This document shows, in pieces, positions 9,278 to 21,800 of a stretch of DNA of 64,000 bases. The notes beneath the pieces were generated by a model that was not told where the DNA came from, did not search any database, and worked only from the letters and a program-made list of their open reading frames with translations. The DNA is taken from assembly GCA_031082205.1 (NCBI GenBank), contig JAVHLJ010000006.1:1445-65444 (forward strand). The letters are read 5' to 3'. This stretch comes from Elusimicrobiales bacterium (GTDB lineage: Bacteria > Elusimicrobiota > Elusimicrobia > Elusimicrobiales > UBA9959). A program made the position numbers and the translations under genes. Within the stretch, counting starts at the first letter, position 1. Each line of letters starts with the position of its first letter.

Positions 9278-10381
9278 TTATTCAGCCCGCCTGAGCGTGA
9301 TCAGCGGCACTTCGGCCGGGGCCAGCAGGCGCATCGGCGGGCCCCAGGTGCCGGCGCCGGAGGTGACGTAGAAGAAAGAATCGCCCAGCCGGTAAAGTCC
9401 GTAGAAGTACCTGTAGGCCAGGCGGGTGAAGAAGTGAAAGGGGAAGATCTGTCCCCTGTGCGTGTGGCCGGAGAGCACCAGGAACCGGCCCTTCCCGGCG
9501 ATGACTTCGTAGAGCAGCGGCTGATGGCTGAGCACCAGCGCGAAAGGCTCGTCCCTGAGCGGGGCCAGCGCGCGCTCCACGTCGGCTTCCTCCAGCCCGG
9601 CCGTCCTTATGTCGTCGAGCCCCGCTATCTTCAGGCCGCCGGTCTCGGCTATGGAATTGCGAAGCAGTTTTATGCCCATGTGTTCGTAGCATCCCATGGA
9701 GCGGTCCAGGCCGTAGTAATATTCGTGGTTGCCCAGCGAGGCGAAACTCCCCAGGCGCGGCTTGAGGCCCGCCGCGGCCAGTTCCAGTTCGGCCTCGCAC
9801 CTTATGCCCGGGTCTACCAGGTCGCCGGTGAAGACTACCAGGTCGGGCGCCTCGGCCGCGATTTTCTCCGCGGCGCCCCTGAACTTCACCAGCTGGTAGC
9901 CGGAGTCCACGTGCATGTCCGAGATCTGCGCTATCTTCAGGCCGTCGAAGCTGGCCGGCAGGCCGGGCACCGCCAGGTCGAAACGCTTTATCTCGGGCGT
10001 CCTGAAGCCGTTGTAGAGGGACGCCGCGGTCAGGGCCGCCATGACCGCGCAGAAAGCCCGCGGGGCCCAGGGGGGCAGGGGGCGCGAGGCGGCCGAGAGG
10101 GCCAGCCGGAGCGCGTCGTAGACCAGGAACCCCATTCCCCAGAAGAAGATCACTCCCATCCAGACGAAGGCCGCGGTGTAGAGATGCTCGAGCGGGGCGT
10201 TGACCACGCGGCGCACGAACATGGAGGCCGGGGACAGGAGCGCCAGGCAGAGCAGCGAGAGGCGCAGGGCGCCGGCCAGGTGCGGGGCGAAATTGCGGGC
10301 CAGCCAGCCGGCCGCGTAGAAATGCAGCCAGACGTAGAAGGCCATCATCAGAGCGAAAACGAGGAGAAAGGTCGGTTTCAT
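9278..10381 (-). CDS. Membrane-anchored metallophosphoesterase (calcineurin-like, YkuE/YaeI type)
   Basis: N-terminal TM helices followed by the motifs ISDMHVD, GDLVD, GNHEYY and SGHTHRGQ. Confidence 0.8.
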   Translation of the reverse strand: MKPTFLLVFALMMAFYVWLHFYAAGWLARNFAPHLAGALRLSLLCLALLSPASMFVRRVVNAPLEHLYTAAFVWMGVIFFWGMGFLVYDALRLALSAASRPLPPWAPRAFCAVMAALTAASLYNGFRTPEIKRFDLAVPGLPASFDGLKIAQISDMHVDSGYQLVKFRGAAEKIAAEAPDLVVFTGDLVDPGIRCEAELELAAAGLKPRLGSFASLGNHEYYYGLDRSMGCYEHMGIKLLRNSIAETGGLKIAGLDDIRTAGLEEADVERALAPLRDEPFALVLSHQPLLYEVIAGKGRFLVLSGHTHRGQIFPFHFFTRLAYRYFYGLYRLGDSFFYVTSGAGTWGPPMRLLAPAEVPLITLRRAE

Positions 10382-10453
10382 CGCCTATATTATAGTAAGT
10401 AAGCCCCCGCCCGGTCGGAGGCCCGGCGGTGAAATTTGTATACTCTAAAACCC

Positions 10454-11083
10454 ATGGAGCTGCTGCATTACGCCCTGATGAGCGCCGCGTCGCTGTTCGC
10501 CATAATAAACCCCCTGGCGGCCATCCCGACTTTCTTCGCCATGACCTCCGGCAATACCGAGGCGGAGCGGCTGCGCATGGCGAGGACGGCCTGCGCGACG
10601 GCCGCCGCCGTTCTCTCTCTTTTCGCCGTCACCGGCATGGCCCTGTTCTCCGTCTTCGGCATAACGCTGGCCGCCTTCCAGATAGCCGGCGGCCTGCTGC
10701 TGCTGCTGGTCTCGCTGGACAACCTGCGCGCCAGGCGTTCGGGCGTGCAGGAGACGGAGGAGGAGCGGGAGGAGGGCGCGGCCAAGGCCGACGTCTCCAT
10801 CACTCCCCTGGCCATCCCGATGCTTTCAGGCCCCGGAGCGATAACCACGGCCATACTGCTCTCGTCGAAGGCGAAGAACCTGGTCTACGACGGCGTGCTG
10901 CTGCTGCTTTTCGGGCTGGTCTGCCTGGCCTGCTACGGCGTCTTCAGTTTCTCGATCAGGAAAGCGTCCAAAGTGAACCCGATACTTATGAACATCACGA
11001 CCCGGGTAATGGGCCTGATACTGGCGGCGACGGCCTTCCAGTTCATCATCGACGGCATAAAGAAAGCTTTCTTCCCGGCCTGA
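10454..11083 (+). CDS. MarC family (UPF0056) integral membrane protein
   Basis: MELLHYALMSAASLFAIINPLAAIPTFFAMT is typical of the MarC N-terminus. I chose ATG 10454 over the TTG at 10436 in the ORF track. Confidence 0.75.
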   Translation: MELLHYALMSAASLFAIINPLAAIPTFFAMTSGNTEAERLRMARTACATAAAVLSLFAVTGMALFSVFGITLAAFQIAGGLLLLLVSLDNLRARRSGVQETEEEREEGAAKADVSITPLAIPMLSGPGAITTAILLSSKAKNLVYDGVLLLLFGLVCLACYGVFSFSIRKASKVNPILMNITTRVMGLILAATAFQFIIDGIKKAFFPA

Positions 11084-11092
11084 CGGACGGGA

Positions 11093-12532
11093 TCACCCCT
11101 TGACCACGCACAGCGGCCTGAGCCTGGCGACTATCTTCGCCAGCCCGGCGCCCTCTACGACCCGCACCACCCCCCCGGCGTCCTTGTAGGCCTCGGGCAT
11201 TTCCTCGCCCAGCGTGCCGCGGGCGGCGGCCATTACCGACACCCCGCTCTCCGCCAGCTCGCGGACTATGTCGCGCCCCCGCGCCCGCCGCGAGGCCTCG
11301 CCGCGCGACATCAGCCGCCCCGCGCCGTGGCAGACCGAGCCGAAGGTCTCGCCCATCGCGCCGGTGCCGGCCAGGACATAGGAGCTCCTGCCCATGTCTC
11401 CCGGTATTATGACCGGCTGTCCGGCCTCGCGGTACTCCGCCGGCAGTTCCGGGTGGCCGGGAGGGAAGGCGCGCGTGGCGCCCTTGCGGTGCACCATCAG
11501 TTTCTCCCGGCGTCCGCCTGCGGAGTGTTCCTCGACTTTGGCGATATTGTGGGCCACGTCGTAAACCAGCCTCAGGCCGAGCTCCCGCGGCGAAAGTTTC
11601 AGCGCGGCGGCCAGGGCTTTTCCGGCCGCCCAGCCCAGGGCCTGGCGGTTGGCCCAGGCGTAATTGGCGGCCGCGCGCATGGCGGCCAGGTAGCGCTCCG
11701 CCTCCGGGCTTGAGCAGGGAGCGCAGGCCAGCTCGCGGTCGGGCAGGGCTATTCCGTAGCGGCGGGCGGCCGCCAGCATCTCGTCTATGGAATCGGCGCA
11801 GACCTGATGGCCCAGGCCGCGCGAGCCGGAATGTATCATTACGGCCGCCAGGCCCTTCTCCAGGCCGAAGGCCGCGGCGTCGGCGGGGTCGAGTATCTCC
11901 GCGACCTCCTGTATCTCGACGAAATGGTTGCCCGAACCCAGCGTGCCCAGCTGGCCTCGCCCGCGCTCCAGCGCGCGGCGGCTCAGCGCTCCGTACCCGG
12001 CGCCGTCGAGCCGTCCGCCGGATTCGCAGCGCTCCAGGTCGCCCGGCTCGCCCATGCCGCGTTCCACGGCCCAGCGCGCGCCCTTCTCCGCGACGGCCTT
12101 CTCGTCGGCCTTCGAAAGGCGGATGGAACTTTCGGAGCCGACGCCTGCCGGCACCGCGGCGAAAAGGGCGGCGGCCGCGGCGTCCCGGTCCCGGAGCAGC
12201 CGCGCGGCCGGGACGGCCGTCGCCAGCAGGCGCACGCCGCAGTTGATGTCGTAGCCGACGCCGCCGGGCGAGACCACGCCGTCGCGCAGTCCGAAGGCGG
12301 CCACGCCGCCTATCGGGAAGCCGTAGCCGGCGTGCGCGTCCGGCATGACCAGCGCGGCGCGCCTTATTCCCGGCAGGCAGGCGGTGTTGGCGGCCTGCCG
12401 CAGCACCTTTTCGTCGAGCGCGCGCTCTATTCCCTCGTCGGCGTAGATGACGGCGGGAACGGACATGCCGGGGATGGAGCCGGCCGGCAGTTCCAGCCGC
12501 CATTCGTCCGTCCGCCTGAGCTTCTCCTTCAT
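11093..12532 (-). CDS. rtcB: RNA 3'-phosphate/2',3'-cyclic phosphate ligase RtcB
   Basis: 479 aa with GSGNHFVEIQ, HSGSRGLGHQV and CHGAGR motifs. The start overlaps the archease stop (ATGA). Confidence 0.9.
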   Translation of the reverse strand: MKEKLRRTDEWRLELPAGSIPGMSVPAVIYADEGIERALDEKVLRQAANTACLPGIRRAALVMPDAHAGYGFPIGGVAAFGLRDGVVSPGGVGYDINCGVRLLATAVPAARLLRDRDAAAAALFAAVPAGVGSESSIRLSKADEKAVAEKGARWAVERGMGEPGDLERCESGGRLDGAGYGALSRRALERGRGQLGTLGSGNHFVEIQEVAEILDPADAAAFGLEKGLAAVMIHSGSRGLGHQVCADSIDEMLAAARRYGIALPDRELACAPCSSPEAERYLAAMRAAANYAWANRQALGWAAGKALAAALKLSPRELGLRLVYDVAHNIAKVEEHSAGGRREKLMVHRKGATRAFPPGHPELPAEYREAGQPVIIPGDMGRSSYVLAGTGAMGETFGSVCHGAGRLMSRGEASRRARGRDIVRELAESGVSVMAAARGTLGEEMPEAYKDAGGVVRVVEGAGLAKIVARLRPLCVVKG

Positions 12533-12951
12533 AGGTCCAGCGTCACCCTTATTTCCCAGCCGCCGGGCGCCGGCCCGGCCTTGAGTTCGTGGTAGGTGGC
12601 GGCCTTGGGCATCAGCCGCCTGGCGTGCTTTTTAGAACTGAACCGCTCGCCCAGTATCACCGCGCTGAGACGGTGCTCGCCGGCCGAAAAAGAATACCGC
12701 GCGTCGCAGGCGGCGCCGAGGAAGCGTTCCTGCTCGGCCCTGTGTATGAGCTCGTTGAGGAATTTTACCGTCAGCGTCTCCAGCGTCGGGGCGCTGAGCG
12801 ACAGGGATAGTCCTTTGGAGGGAGAGACCCGCGACGCGTCGGTCAGCAGCGAATAAAAACCTTCGCCCAGGGCCGAGAAGGCCGCGTGTGCGTCCGGGCC
12901 CCAGGCCCTGACCCCGATGTCGCCGGAGGAATCGATGAGGTCGAAAGGCAT
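12529..12951 (-). CDS. Archease (RtcB activator family)
   Basis: 140 aa with MPFDLIDSSGDIGVRAWGPD and KAATYHEL...VTLDL at the C-terminus. Translationally coupled to rtcB. Confidence 0.8.
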   Translation of the reverse strand: MPFDLIDSSGDIGVRAWGPDAHAAFSALGEGFYSLLTDASRVSPSKGLSLSLSAPTLETLTVKFLNELIHRAEQERFLGAACDARYSFSAGEHRLSAVILGERFSSKKHARRLMPKAATYHELKAGPAPGGWEIRVTLDL

Positions 12952-12954
12952 GCT

Positions 12955-13551
12955 TCAGGCCGAAAGCCCGGCCAGTTCGTCGAGCGCCGCGCTTATCGCC
13001 GCCGCGTCCAGCGCCGAGTCCAGGTCTTTGGCCGGCATGAAGGCCCGGGCCGTCCCCTTTTTGGCTTCTATCCGCTCGTAGCCTCTCTCCAGCAGGCGGC
13101 GCGCGGCGTCCCGACGGCGGGAGTCCGCGAAGAAGGCGGCGAAAGAGACCGGGTCCGGCGAGGCGGAGAGGAACTCCTCGTCGAAAGACCGGTCGCCGGT
13201 CTCGGCCTTCCTGATGAACGAGGCCAGCAGGCCGGCCAGCGGCCCCGGCCGCTGTATCTCGAAGGAGACCGGCAGCAGGCTGTCGATGACCAGTTTGAGG
13301 ACTGGCGGGGAATTCTTGCCTCCGGGGACCGCCTCGACCCTGAACTTCCTGCCGCCCTTGACCCCTTCCAGCCGCGGGCCCATGAAGCCGGAGACGGCCT
13401 GCGCGCCCAGGAAGGGGGCTATCTCCCGCAGTTTGTTGAGCCGCTTGCGCATTGTGAGCTTGCCTATCAGGTAGGCTACGGCGATTATCGCCCCGTAGGC
13501 CAGCACCCAGAAATATTTCATCAGTTCGAAGGGATCGAAACCGTCGGGCAT
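12955..13551 (-). CDS. Hypothetical single-pass membrane protein
   Basis: 198-aa ORF with one N-terminal TM segment (YFWVLAYGAIIAVAYLIG). Packed 3 nt upstream of archease and 7 nt downstream of fumA. Confidence 0.45.
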   Translation of the reverse strand: MPDGFDPFELMKYFWVLAYGAIIAVAYLIGKLTMRKRLNKLREIAPFLGAQAVSGFMGPRLEGVKGGRKFRVEAVPGGKNSPPVLKLVIDSLLPVSFEIQRPGPLAGLLASFIRKAETGDRSFDEEFLSASPDPVSFAAFFADSRRRDAARRLLERGYERIEAKKGTARAFMPAKDLDSALDAAAISAALDELAGLSA

Positions 13552-13558
13552 AAAGCTC

Positions 13559-15175
13559 CTATTTCCTGTCGAAGAAGTCGTTGCCCTTGTCGTCGACCAG
13601 TATGAAGGCGGGGAAGTCCTCCGCCTCTATCGCCCAGACGGCCTCCATGCCCAGTTCCGGGTAGTCGAGCGTCTCTACCTTCTTTATGTTGCGCTCGGCC
13701 AGCAGCGCGGCCGGGCCGCCGGGCGAGCCCAGGTAGAAGCCGCCGTGCTTCCTGCACGAATCGGTCACGGCCCGCGAGCGGTTGCCCTTGGCTATCATTA
13801 CCAGCGAGGCGCCGCGCGACTGCAGCAGCTCGGCGTAGGAGTCCATGCGGCCCGCCGTGGTGGGGCCGAAGGAGCCCGACGGCTTGCCGGCAGGCGTCTT
13901 GGCCGGCCCCGCGTAATAGACCGGGTGCTTCAGGAGATAGTCCGGCAGCGGTTCGCCGGCGTCGAGCAGCTCCTTGAACTTGGCGTGGGCTATGTCGCGC
14001 GCGACCACTATGCGGCCGTTGAGCGACAGGCGCGTGCCGACGGGGTGCCTGGACAGCTCGGCGCGGATCTCGTCCATCGGGCGGTTCAGGTCCACGGAGA
14101 CGCAATTGGAACACGACGAGAACCGCGCGCGGATATCGGCGGGTATCAGCCGGCCCGGGTCCCTGTCCATCTCCTCCAGCCAGACGCCTTCCTTGTCTAT
14201 TCGCGCCAGGATATTGCGGTCGGCGGAGCAGGAGACGCCCATGCCGACGGGGCAGGAGGCGCCGTGCCGGGGCAGCCGCACGACCCGTATGTCGTGGGCG
14301 AAATACTTGCCGCCGAACTGGGCGCCGAAACCGATCTTCTCCGCCGCCCTGAGCAGCCGGGCCTCCAGGTCCCGGTCCCGGAAGCCCCGGCCCAGGCCGT
14401 CGCCGGATTCCGGCAGGCCGTCGAGATAGCCCGTCGAGGCCAGCTTGACGGTCTTGAGGCACATCTCGGCGGAAGTGCCGCCCACGACGAAAGCGATATG
14501 GTAGGGCGGGCAGGCCGCGGTGCCGAGCGACTTCATTTTCTCCACGAGGAATTTCTCGAGGGAGCCCGGGTTGAGCAGCGCCTTGGTCTCCTGCCAGAGC
14601 ATGGTCTTGTTGGCCGAGCCGCCGCCCTTGGCGATGAAGAGGAACTCGTAGGCGTTGCCGGGCACGGCGTAGATGTCCACCTGGGCCGGCAGGTTGTCGC
14701 CGGTGTTCTTCTCGGCGTACATGTCCAGCGGCGCCGTCTGGGAGTAGCGCAGGTTCTCGCCGGTATACGCCTCCCAGATCCCCTGCGAGATGAAGTGGGA
14801 GTCGTAGACGCCCGTGCGGACGTTCTCGCCTTTCTTGGCCACCACGGTGGCCGTGCCGGTGTCCTGGCAGAAAGGCAGCTCGAACCGCGCCGAGATGGCC
14901 GCGTTCTCGAGCAGGCAGTAAGCCATGAACTTGTCGTTCTCCGAAGCTTCGGGGTCGGCGAAAATTTTGGCCACCTGCTCCTGGTGGGCGGGGCGCAGCA
15001 GGAAGGAGGTCTCGCGGAATGCCTCGCGCGCCAGCAGGGCCAGCGTCTCCGGCGCTACTTCGACCGTCTCGTGGCCCGGCTCGCCGGAGACCTTGAGGCC
15101 TTCCTTCGTGAGCAGGCGGTACTTGACGTCGGGTTTCCTGAGCTGGAATATCTCGCGGTAGACGAACTCGGGCAT
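13559..15175 (-). CDS. fumA: Class I (Fe-S) fumarate hydratase, FumA type
   Basis: 538 aa. Strong collinear similarity to E. coli FumA as I remember it ([54 protein letters not shown]). Confidence 0.9.
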   Translation of the reverse strand: MPEFVYREIFQLRKPDVKYRLLTKEGLKVSGEPGHETVEVAPETLALLAREAFRETSFLLRPAHQEQVAKIFADPEASENDKFMAYCLLENAAISARFELPFCQDTGTATVVAKKGENVRTGVYDSHFISQGIWEAYTGENLRYSQTAPLDMYAEKNTGDNLPAQVDIYAVPGNAYEFLFIAKGGGSANKTMLWQETKALLNPGSLEKFLVEKMKSLGTAACPPYHIAFVVGGTSAEMCLKTVKLASTGYLDGLPESGDGLGRGFRDRDLEARLLRAAEKIGFGAQFGGKYFAHDIRVVRLPRHGASCPVGMGVSCSADRNILARIDKEGVWLEEMDRDPGRLIPADIRARFSSCSNCVSVDLNRPMDEIRAELSRHPVGTRLSLNGRIVVARDIAHAKFKELLDAGEPLPDYLLKHPVYYAGPAKTPAGKPSGSFGPTTAGRMDSYAELLQSRGASLVMIAKGNRSRAVTDSCRKHGGFYLGSPGGPAALLAERNIKKVETLDYPELGMEAVWAIEAEDFPAFILVDDKGNDFFDRK

Positions 15176-15248
15176 TTGTCCTCTCCTGGTCCGGCGGCGG
15201 GGGGAAACGGCGGGAGGCTCCGCGCGCGGCGGGGCCTCCCGCGGGCGG

Positions 15249-16013
15249 TCAGCGCTTCGAGAGGAAGTTGGCCAGCAGGAACTCGCGGTTCATGCGGGCG
15301 ATATTGGCGACCTTGACTTCCTTGGGGCAGACGGCCTCGCACTCGTACTCGTTGGTGCAGTTGCCGAAGCCTTCGGCGTCCATGGCTTCCACCATGGCCA
15401 GCGCGCGCTTCGCCTTCTCCGGCTTGCCCTGCGGCAGCAGCGCCAGCTGCGAGATCTTGGCGCCGGTGAACAGCATGGCCGCGCCGTTGGGGCAGGCGGC
15501 CACGCAGGCGCCGCAGCCTATGCAGGCGGCCGCGTCCATGGCCTCCTCGGCGTCGTCCTTGTCCACGGGTATCGAGTTGGCGTCGGGCGCGGCTCCGGTA
15601 TTGACGGAGACGTAGCCGCCGGCGGCCATTATCCGCTCCAGCGACGACCGGTCCACGACCAGGTCCCTGAGCACCGGGAAGGACTTGACCCTCCAGGGCT
15701 CGACGGTGATGACGTCGCCGTCCCTGAACCGCCTCATGTGCAGCTGGCAGACGGTGGAATGCTCGTCGGGGCCGTGCACGTCGCCGTTGACGACCAGGCC
15801 GCAGCAGCCGCAGATCCCCTCGCGGCAGTCGCTGTCGAAGGCGATGGGGCTCTGTCCGCGCTTCACGAGGTCCTCGTTGAGCACGTCGAGCATCTCCAGG
15901 AACGACATGTCGGGGTCCACGCCCTCCACCTTGTAGGACTCCATGCGGCCTTTTTCGCCGGGCCCGGCCTGGCGCCAGGCGCGCACCGTCACTCCGAATT
16001 TCTTGTCGCTCAT
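15249..16013 (-). CDS. sdhB: Succinate dehydrogenase/fumarate reductase iron-sulfur subunit
   Basis: Three Cys clusters: [34 protein letters not shown]. Confidence 0.9.
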   Translation of the reverse strand: MSDKKFGVTVRAWRQAGPGEKGRMESYKVEGVDPDMSFLEMLDVLNEDLVKRGQSPIAFDSDCREGICGCCGLVVNGDVHGPDEHSTVCQLHMRRFRDGDVITVEPWRVKSFPVLRDLVVDRSSLERIMAAGGYVSVNTGAAPDANSIPVDKDDAEEAMDAAACIGCGACVAACPNGAAMLFTGAKISQLALLPQGKPEKAKRALAMVEAMDAEGFGNCTNEYECEAVCPKEVKVANIARMNREFLLANFLSKR

Positions 16014-16025
16014 GATCGGTCTCCG

Positions 16026-17939
<1,914 letters not shown>

Positions 17940-17940
17940 G

Positions 17941-18630
17941 TTATCTGGCCTCCGTCGCGGCGACCTGGTAATGGTGCTCGACCTTCTTATGGTCGAGCTC
18001 GAGCAGGAAATAGACCGAGATCATGGCGAAGCCCGTCATGGCCAGGGCGAACAGCAGCCCGCCGAACTTTATGAAGGGCGTGTATTTGGGGTGGCTGAGG
18101 CCGAGCGTCTGGAAGGAGCTCTGCATGCCGTGGCTCAGGTGCAGGACCAGCGCCAGCGCGCCGGCCACGTAGAAGGACACGAAGACCGGGTCGCGGAAGG
18201 CGTCGGTCACCATCCGGTAGAAGCCGACGGAATGATCGCCGAAGCGGAAGTCTATTATGTGGTAGACCAGGAAGGCCAGCATGACCGCCGCCGTGTAGAG
18301 CATGGTGGCCGAGCCCACCGTGCGGCCGCCCTGCCATTTGCGCTCCTCGTAGCCCGAGGGGGCGTTGCGCCAGTCCTCCCAGCGCACCCAGGCCGCCGTC
18401 GCGATGTGCAGCAGGAAGAGCCCGGCCAGGCCCAGCTCGGCGTAGAGGATGAGCGGGTTGGCCAGCAGCAGCGCCACGTAGCCGTCATAGGCCGCCTCTC
18501 CCTTGAGCAGCAGCAGGTTGCCCGCCAGGTGCACCAGGATGAAGGCTCCCAGCGCCAGGCCCGTGACGGCCATGACGAACTTCCTGCCTATAGAGGTGAA
18601 GATCACGCGTCTCACGAATCCAATGTCCAT
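17941..18630 (-). CDS. sdhC: Succinate dehydrogenase cytochrome b558-type membrane subunit
   Basis: 229 aa, about 5 TM with conserved His residues. First gene of an sdhCAB arrangement. Confidence 0.75.
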   Translation of the reverse strand: MDIGFVRRVIFTSIGRKFVMAVTGLALGAFILVHLAGNLLLLKGEAAYDGYVALLLANPLILYAELGLAGLFLLHIATAAWVRWEDWRNAPSGYEERKWQGGRTVGSATMLYTAAVMLAFLVYHIIDFRFGDHSVGFYRMVTDAFRDPVFVSFYVAGALALVLHLSHGMQSSFQTLGLSHPKYTPFIKFGGLLFALAMTGFAMISVYFLLELDHKKVEHHYQVAATEAR

Positions 18631-18818
18631 TTTTCGGCTCCGTACCGGCCGTCCGGCGTATATGGAATCGAAAAATAATATAAATATAGCGGTGCCTTGG
18701 CAAGACTGACCGGCCGGCGGGGAGCGGGGTGATTTTCAGCGGAGGGTGAAACTGATATATAATAAAGAAGGGACCCCACAGATCCGACTAATGCACCCAG
18801 GTTTCCGCGGAGGATACG

Positions 18819-21800
18819 ATGAAGAGTCTTAATTTCTGCGCGCTTATACTCGCCGCCCTGCTGGCCGCCCCGGCGGGCGCCTACGACAGGATAGAGTTCA
18901 AGGGCCAGATAATAAATCCCATGCTGACCAAGCCCTCCGGGCTGGCGTCCGACGGCGCCCGCGTCTACGTGGCCGACGCCAAGGCGAACGCCGTGCTGGT
19001 GTTCGAGGCCGCGGACGGGAAGTTCGTTAAGAAGTCGGACGCGCAGCTCAAAGCCCCGGCGGGCCTGGCGATAGGCGCCGACCGGCTCTACATAGCCGAT
19101 TCCGGCAATTCCCGGATCAGCGTGACCGACCTCGACGGAAAATATCTCTGGTCCTTCTCCGGCAAGGGGACCTCGCCCGGCCAGCTCAGCGCTCCGCAGG
19201 CCCTGGCCTTCGGGCCCGACGAGCGGCTCTACGTCGCCAATACCGGCGCTTCCACTATCGAGGTATTCAACGCCGACGGCATCTATCTCTACGGCTTTCA
19301 GACGAAGCGGAACGACGGCGTCACGAAAGTTAAGCCGTCGGCCATAGCCGTAGACGTCGCCGGGAACGTATTCGTTTCCGATCCGTCCAAGTCGCTGGTG
19401 CAGCGCTACGACAGGGCCGGCAAGCTCCTGCGCGAGCAGGAGATAGCCAATAACGGCCTGGCTTTGCATCCCGACGGCATCGTCTACATCGTCAACGCCA
19501 GGGAGGGCAAGGTGCGCGAGCTGGCCTACGACGGCTCGGTGCTGGGGACCTTCGGCACGCGCGGCAAGGGCCGCACCGAGTTCCAGAACCTCTGCGGCGC
19601 CGCCGCCGACCCGGCCGGCGTCCTCTATCTCTGCGACGACGGCAACAAGAAGGTCACCTACATACGCCTGGAAGGCACCAAGGGGGAGGAGGGGCTCAAG
19701 CCCGCCCAGCTCCTGGCCCGCTTCACCGTGCGGGGCCCCTCCGACAAGGCGGCTTTCAAGACCGACGTGCTGGCCGTGCGGCCGGACGGCTCCGTGGTAG
19801 CGCACATGCCCGACGCCAAGGAGCTGGTGCTGATAGAGAAAGGCGTAAAGAAGACGGTGGCTTCCATGGGCAAGCTCCCCGGCCAGGTGAAAGCGCCCAG
19901 GGGAGTCTTCGCCGCGGCCGACGGCAGGTTCTTCGTCGCTGACACCGGCAACGACCGCGTCCAGGTCTTCAAGGCCGACGGCGCCTTCGACTCCGAGTTC
20001 GGCGGCTCCGGCTCCGGCGAGGGCAAGTTCAAGGCCCCGACCGGCCTGACCGTCAACCGCAACGCCAACGTGTACATCGCCGATTCCCGCAACAAGCGCG
20101 TGCAGGCCTTCAGCCAGGACGGCATCTTCCTCTTCGCCATAGGCCCGCAGGTGGGAAGCCTGTCGCTGGTGAACCCCGTCGACGTCGCGTCGGACGAGAA
20201 GAACAACCTCTACATACTCGACGCCGGGCTCAAGAAGGTGCTGGTCACCGACCACAGCGGCAGGTTCCTCTCGGCCTGGGACGATTCGGGCGCGCTCTCG
20301 GCCCCCGCCTCTCTGGTCTACGACGGGAAGGGCTTCTTCTACATCCTCGACAAGGGCGCCTACAGCGTCAAGATCTTCGACGCCGCCGGGCGCTTCCAGG
20401 CCTCTTTCTTCTCCCGCGGCACGGGCGAGAGGGAGCTCAATAACCCCCAGTTCCTGGCCTACGGCGGGGATAAGATACACATAGCCGACGCCGGCGCGGG
20501 CAGGATCGCTACCTTCGACATCGCCTATATACCGGAGGCCCCGTCGGGCTTCACCGCCGCGGCCGGCCCCAAGGGCGTAAAGCTGTCCTGGAAACCGGTC
20601 GCCAACGACCGGGTAAAGGGCTACAAGGTATTCAGGGCGCCCGCCGAGGGAGGCAAATGGGCCGAGCTGGCCTATACCGAGGCCCCTTCCTACGAGGACG
20701 CCTCCGCCGAGGCCGGGAAGGAGTACCGCTACCGCGCGGCCGCCGTGTCGGGGGCCGGCTTCGCCGGCGAGTATACCGCTCACGAGAAGGTCACGGCCTC
20801 CGCCGGGGGCGCAGCCGCGGCCAGGCCGGCGCCGGCCGCGCGCGACCCGCGCAATGTCGCGCCGGTGGAGATAGAGCCCGTCGAGCTGAACTACATCTTC
20901 TCGGCCAACTACAAGCGCTACCTGACCAAGCCGGTCGGCCGCATCGCGGTCCGCAATAATACCGACAAGGCCTTCAGCAACGTCAAGATCTCTTTCCACC
21001 TCAGGGACTACATGGACTTCCCTCACGACTCCATACTGGAGTCCATAGGTCCCAACGAGGTCAAGGAAGTCGACCTGATGGCGACGCTCAACAACCGCGT
21101 GCTGGGCATAACAGAGGACACCCCGATACAGGCCCAGCTCTCCGTGGTCTACTACTCCGACGGCCAGGAGAGGACGGCCACGCTCAACAGGCCCATAAAG
21201 GTCCTCTCCAAGAACGCCATAGTCTGGGACCGGCCCGAGCGCCTGGCGACCTTCATAACCGCCAAGGACACGCCGGTGTTCTCCTTCAGCCGCTACGCGC
21301 TGGTCGAGACGGCCAAGCTGGAGAAAGAGGCCGCCATGCTCGACGAGAACCTGGTCAAGGCCCTCTACGCGTGGGAAGCCCTCGGCGAGGAGGGGCTCGC
21401 CTACCTGGCCGACCCGGTAAATCCCTACGCCACGGCCAAGAGCGGGGCCGAGGCGCATATGCTCGACACCGTGCAGTTCCCGCGCACCACCCTCAAGATA
21501 CGCAGCGGCGACTGCGACGACCTGGTCGCCCTGTTCTCCTCCATATTCGAGGCGGGCGGCCTGCGCGCCGCGCTGCTGGACTTCCCGGCCCACATCGCCG
21601 TGATGTTCGAGGCGAAATCGGCCGACGCCAGGGAGATCGGCCTGCCGGAGGACATGCTCGTCCGGCATAACGACTCCTGGTGGATACCGCTCGAGACCAC
21701 CATGGTGGGCAAGGACTTCTACGACGCCGTCTCTACCGCCGCCGACATGTACAGGAAGATGAAGGACTCGGTCAGGGTGGCGGACGTGCGCCTGGCCTGG

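Noticed and set aside
18631-18818. A sigma54-type promoter (CTTGGCAAGACTGACC) in the sdhC/NHL divergent region.
   Set aside because: Only the TGGCA half is present. There is no TTGC element at the required 5-nt spacing. The AT-rich segment is adequately explained by ordinary divergent promoters (for example TTTTCA-17-TATATA).
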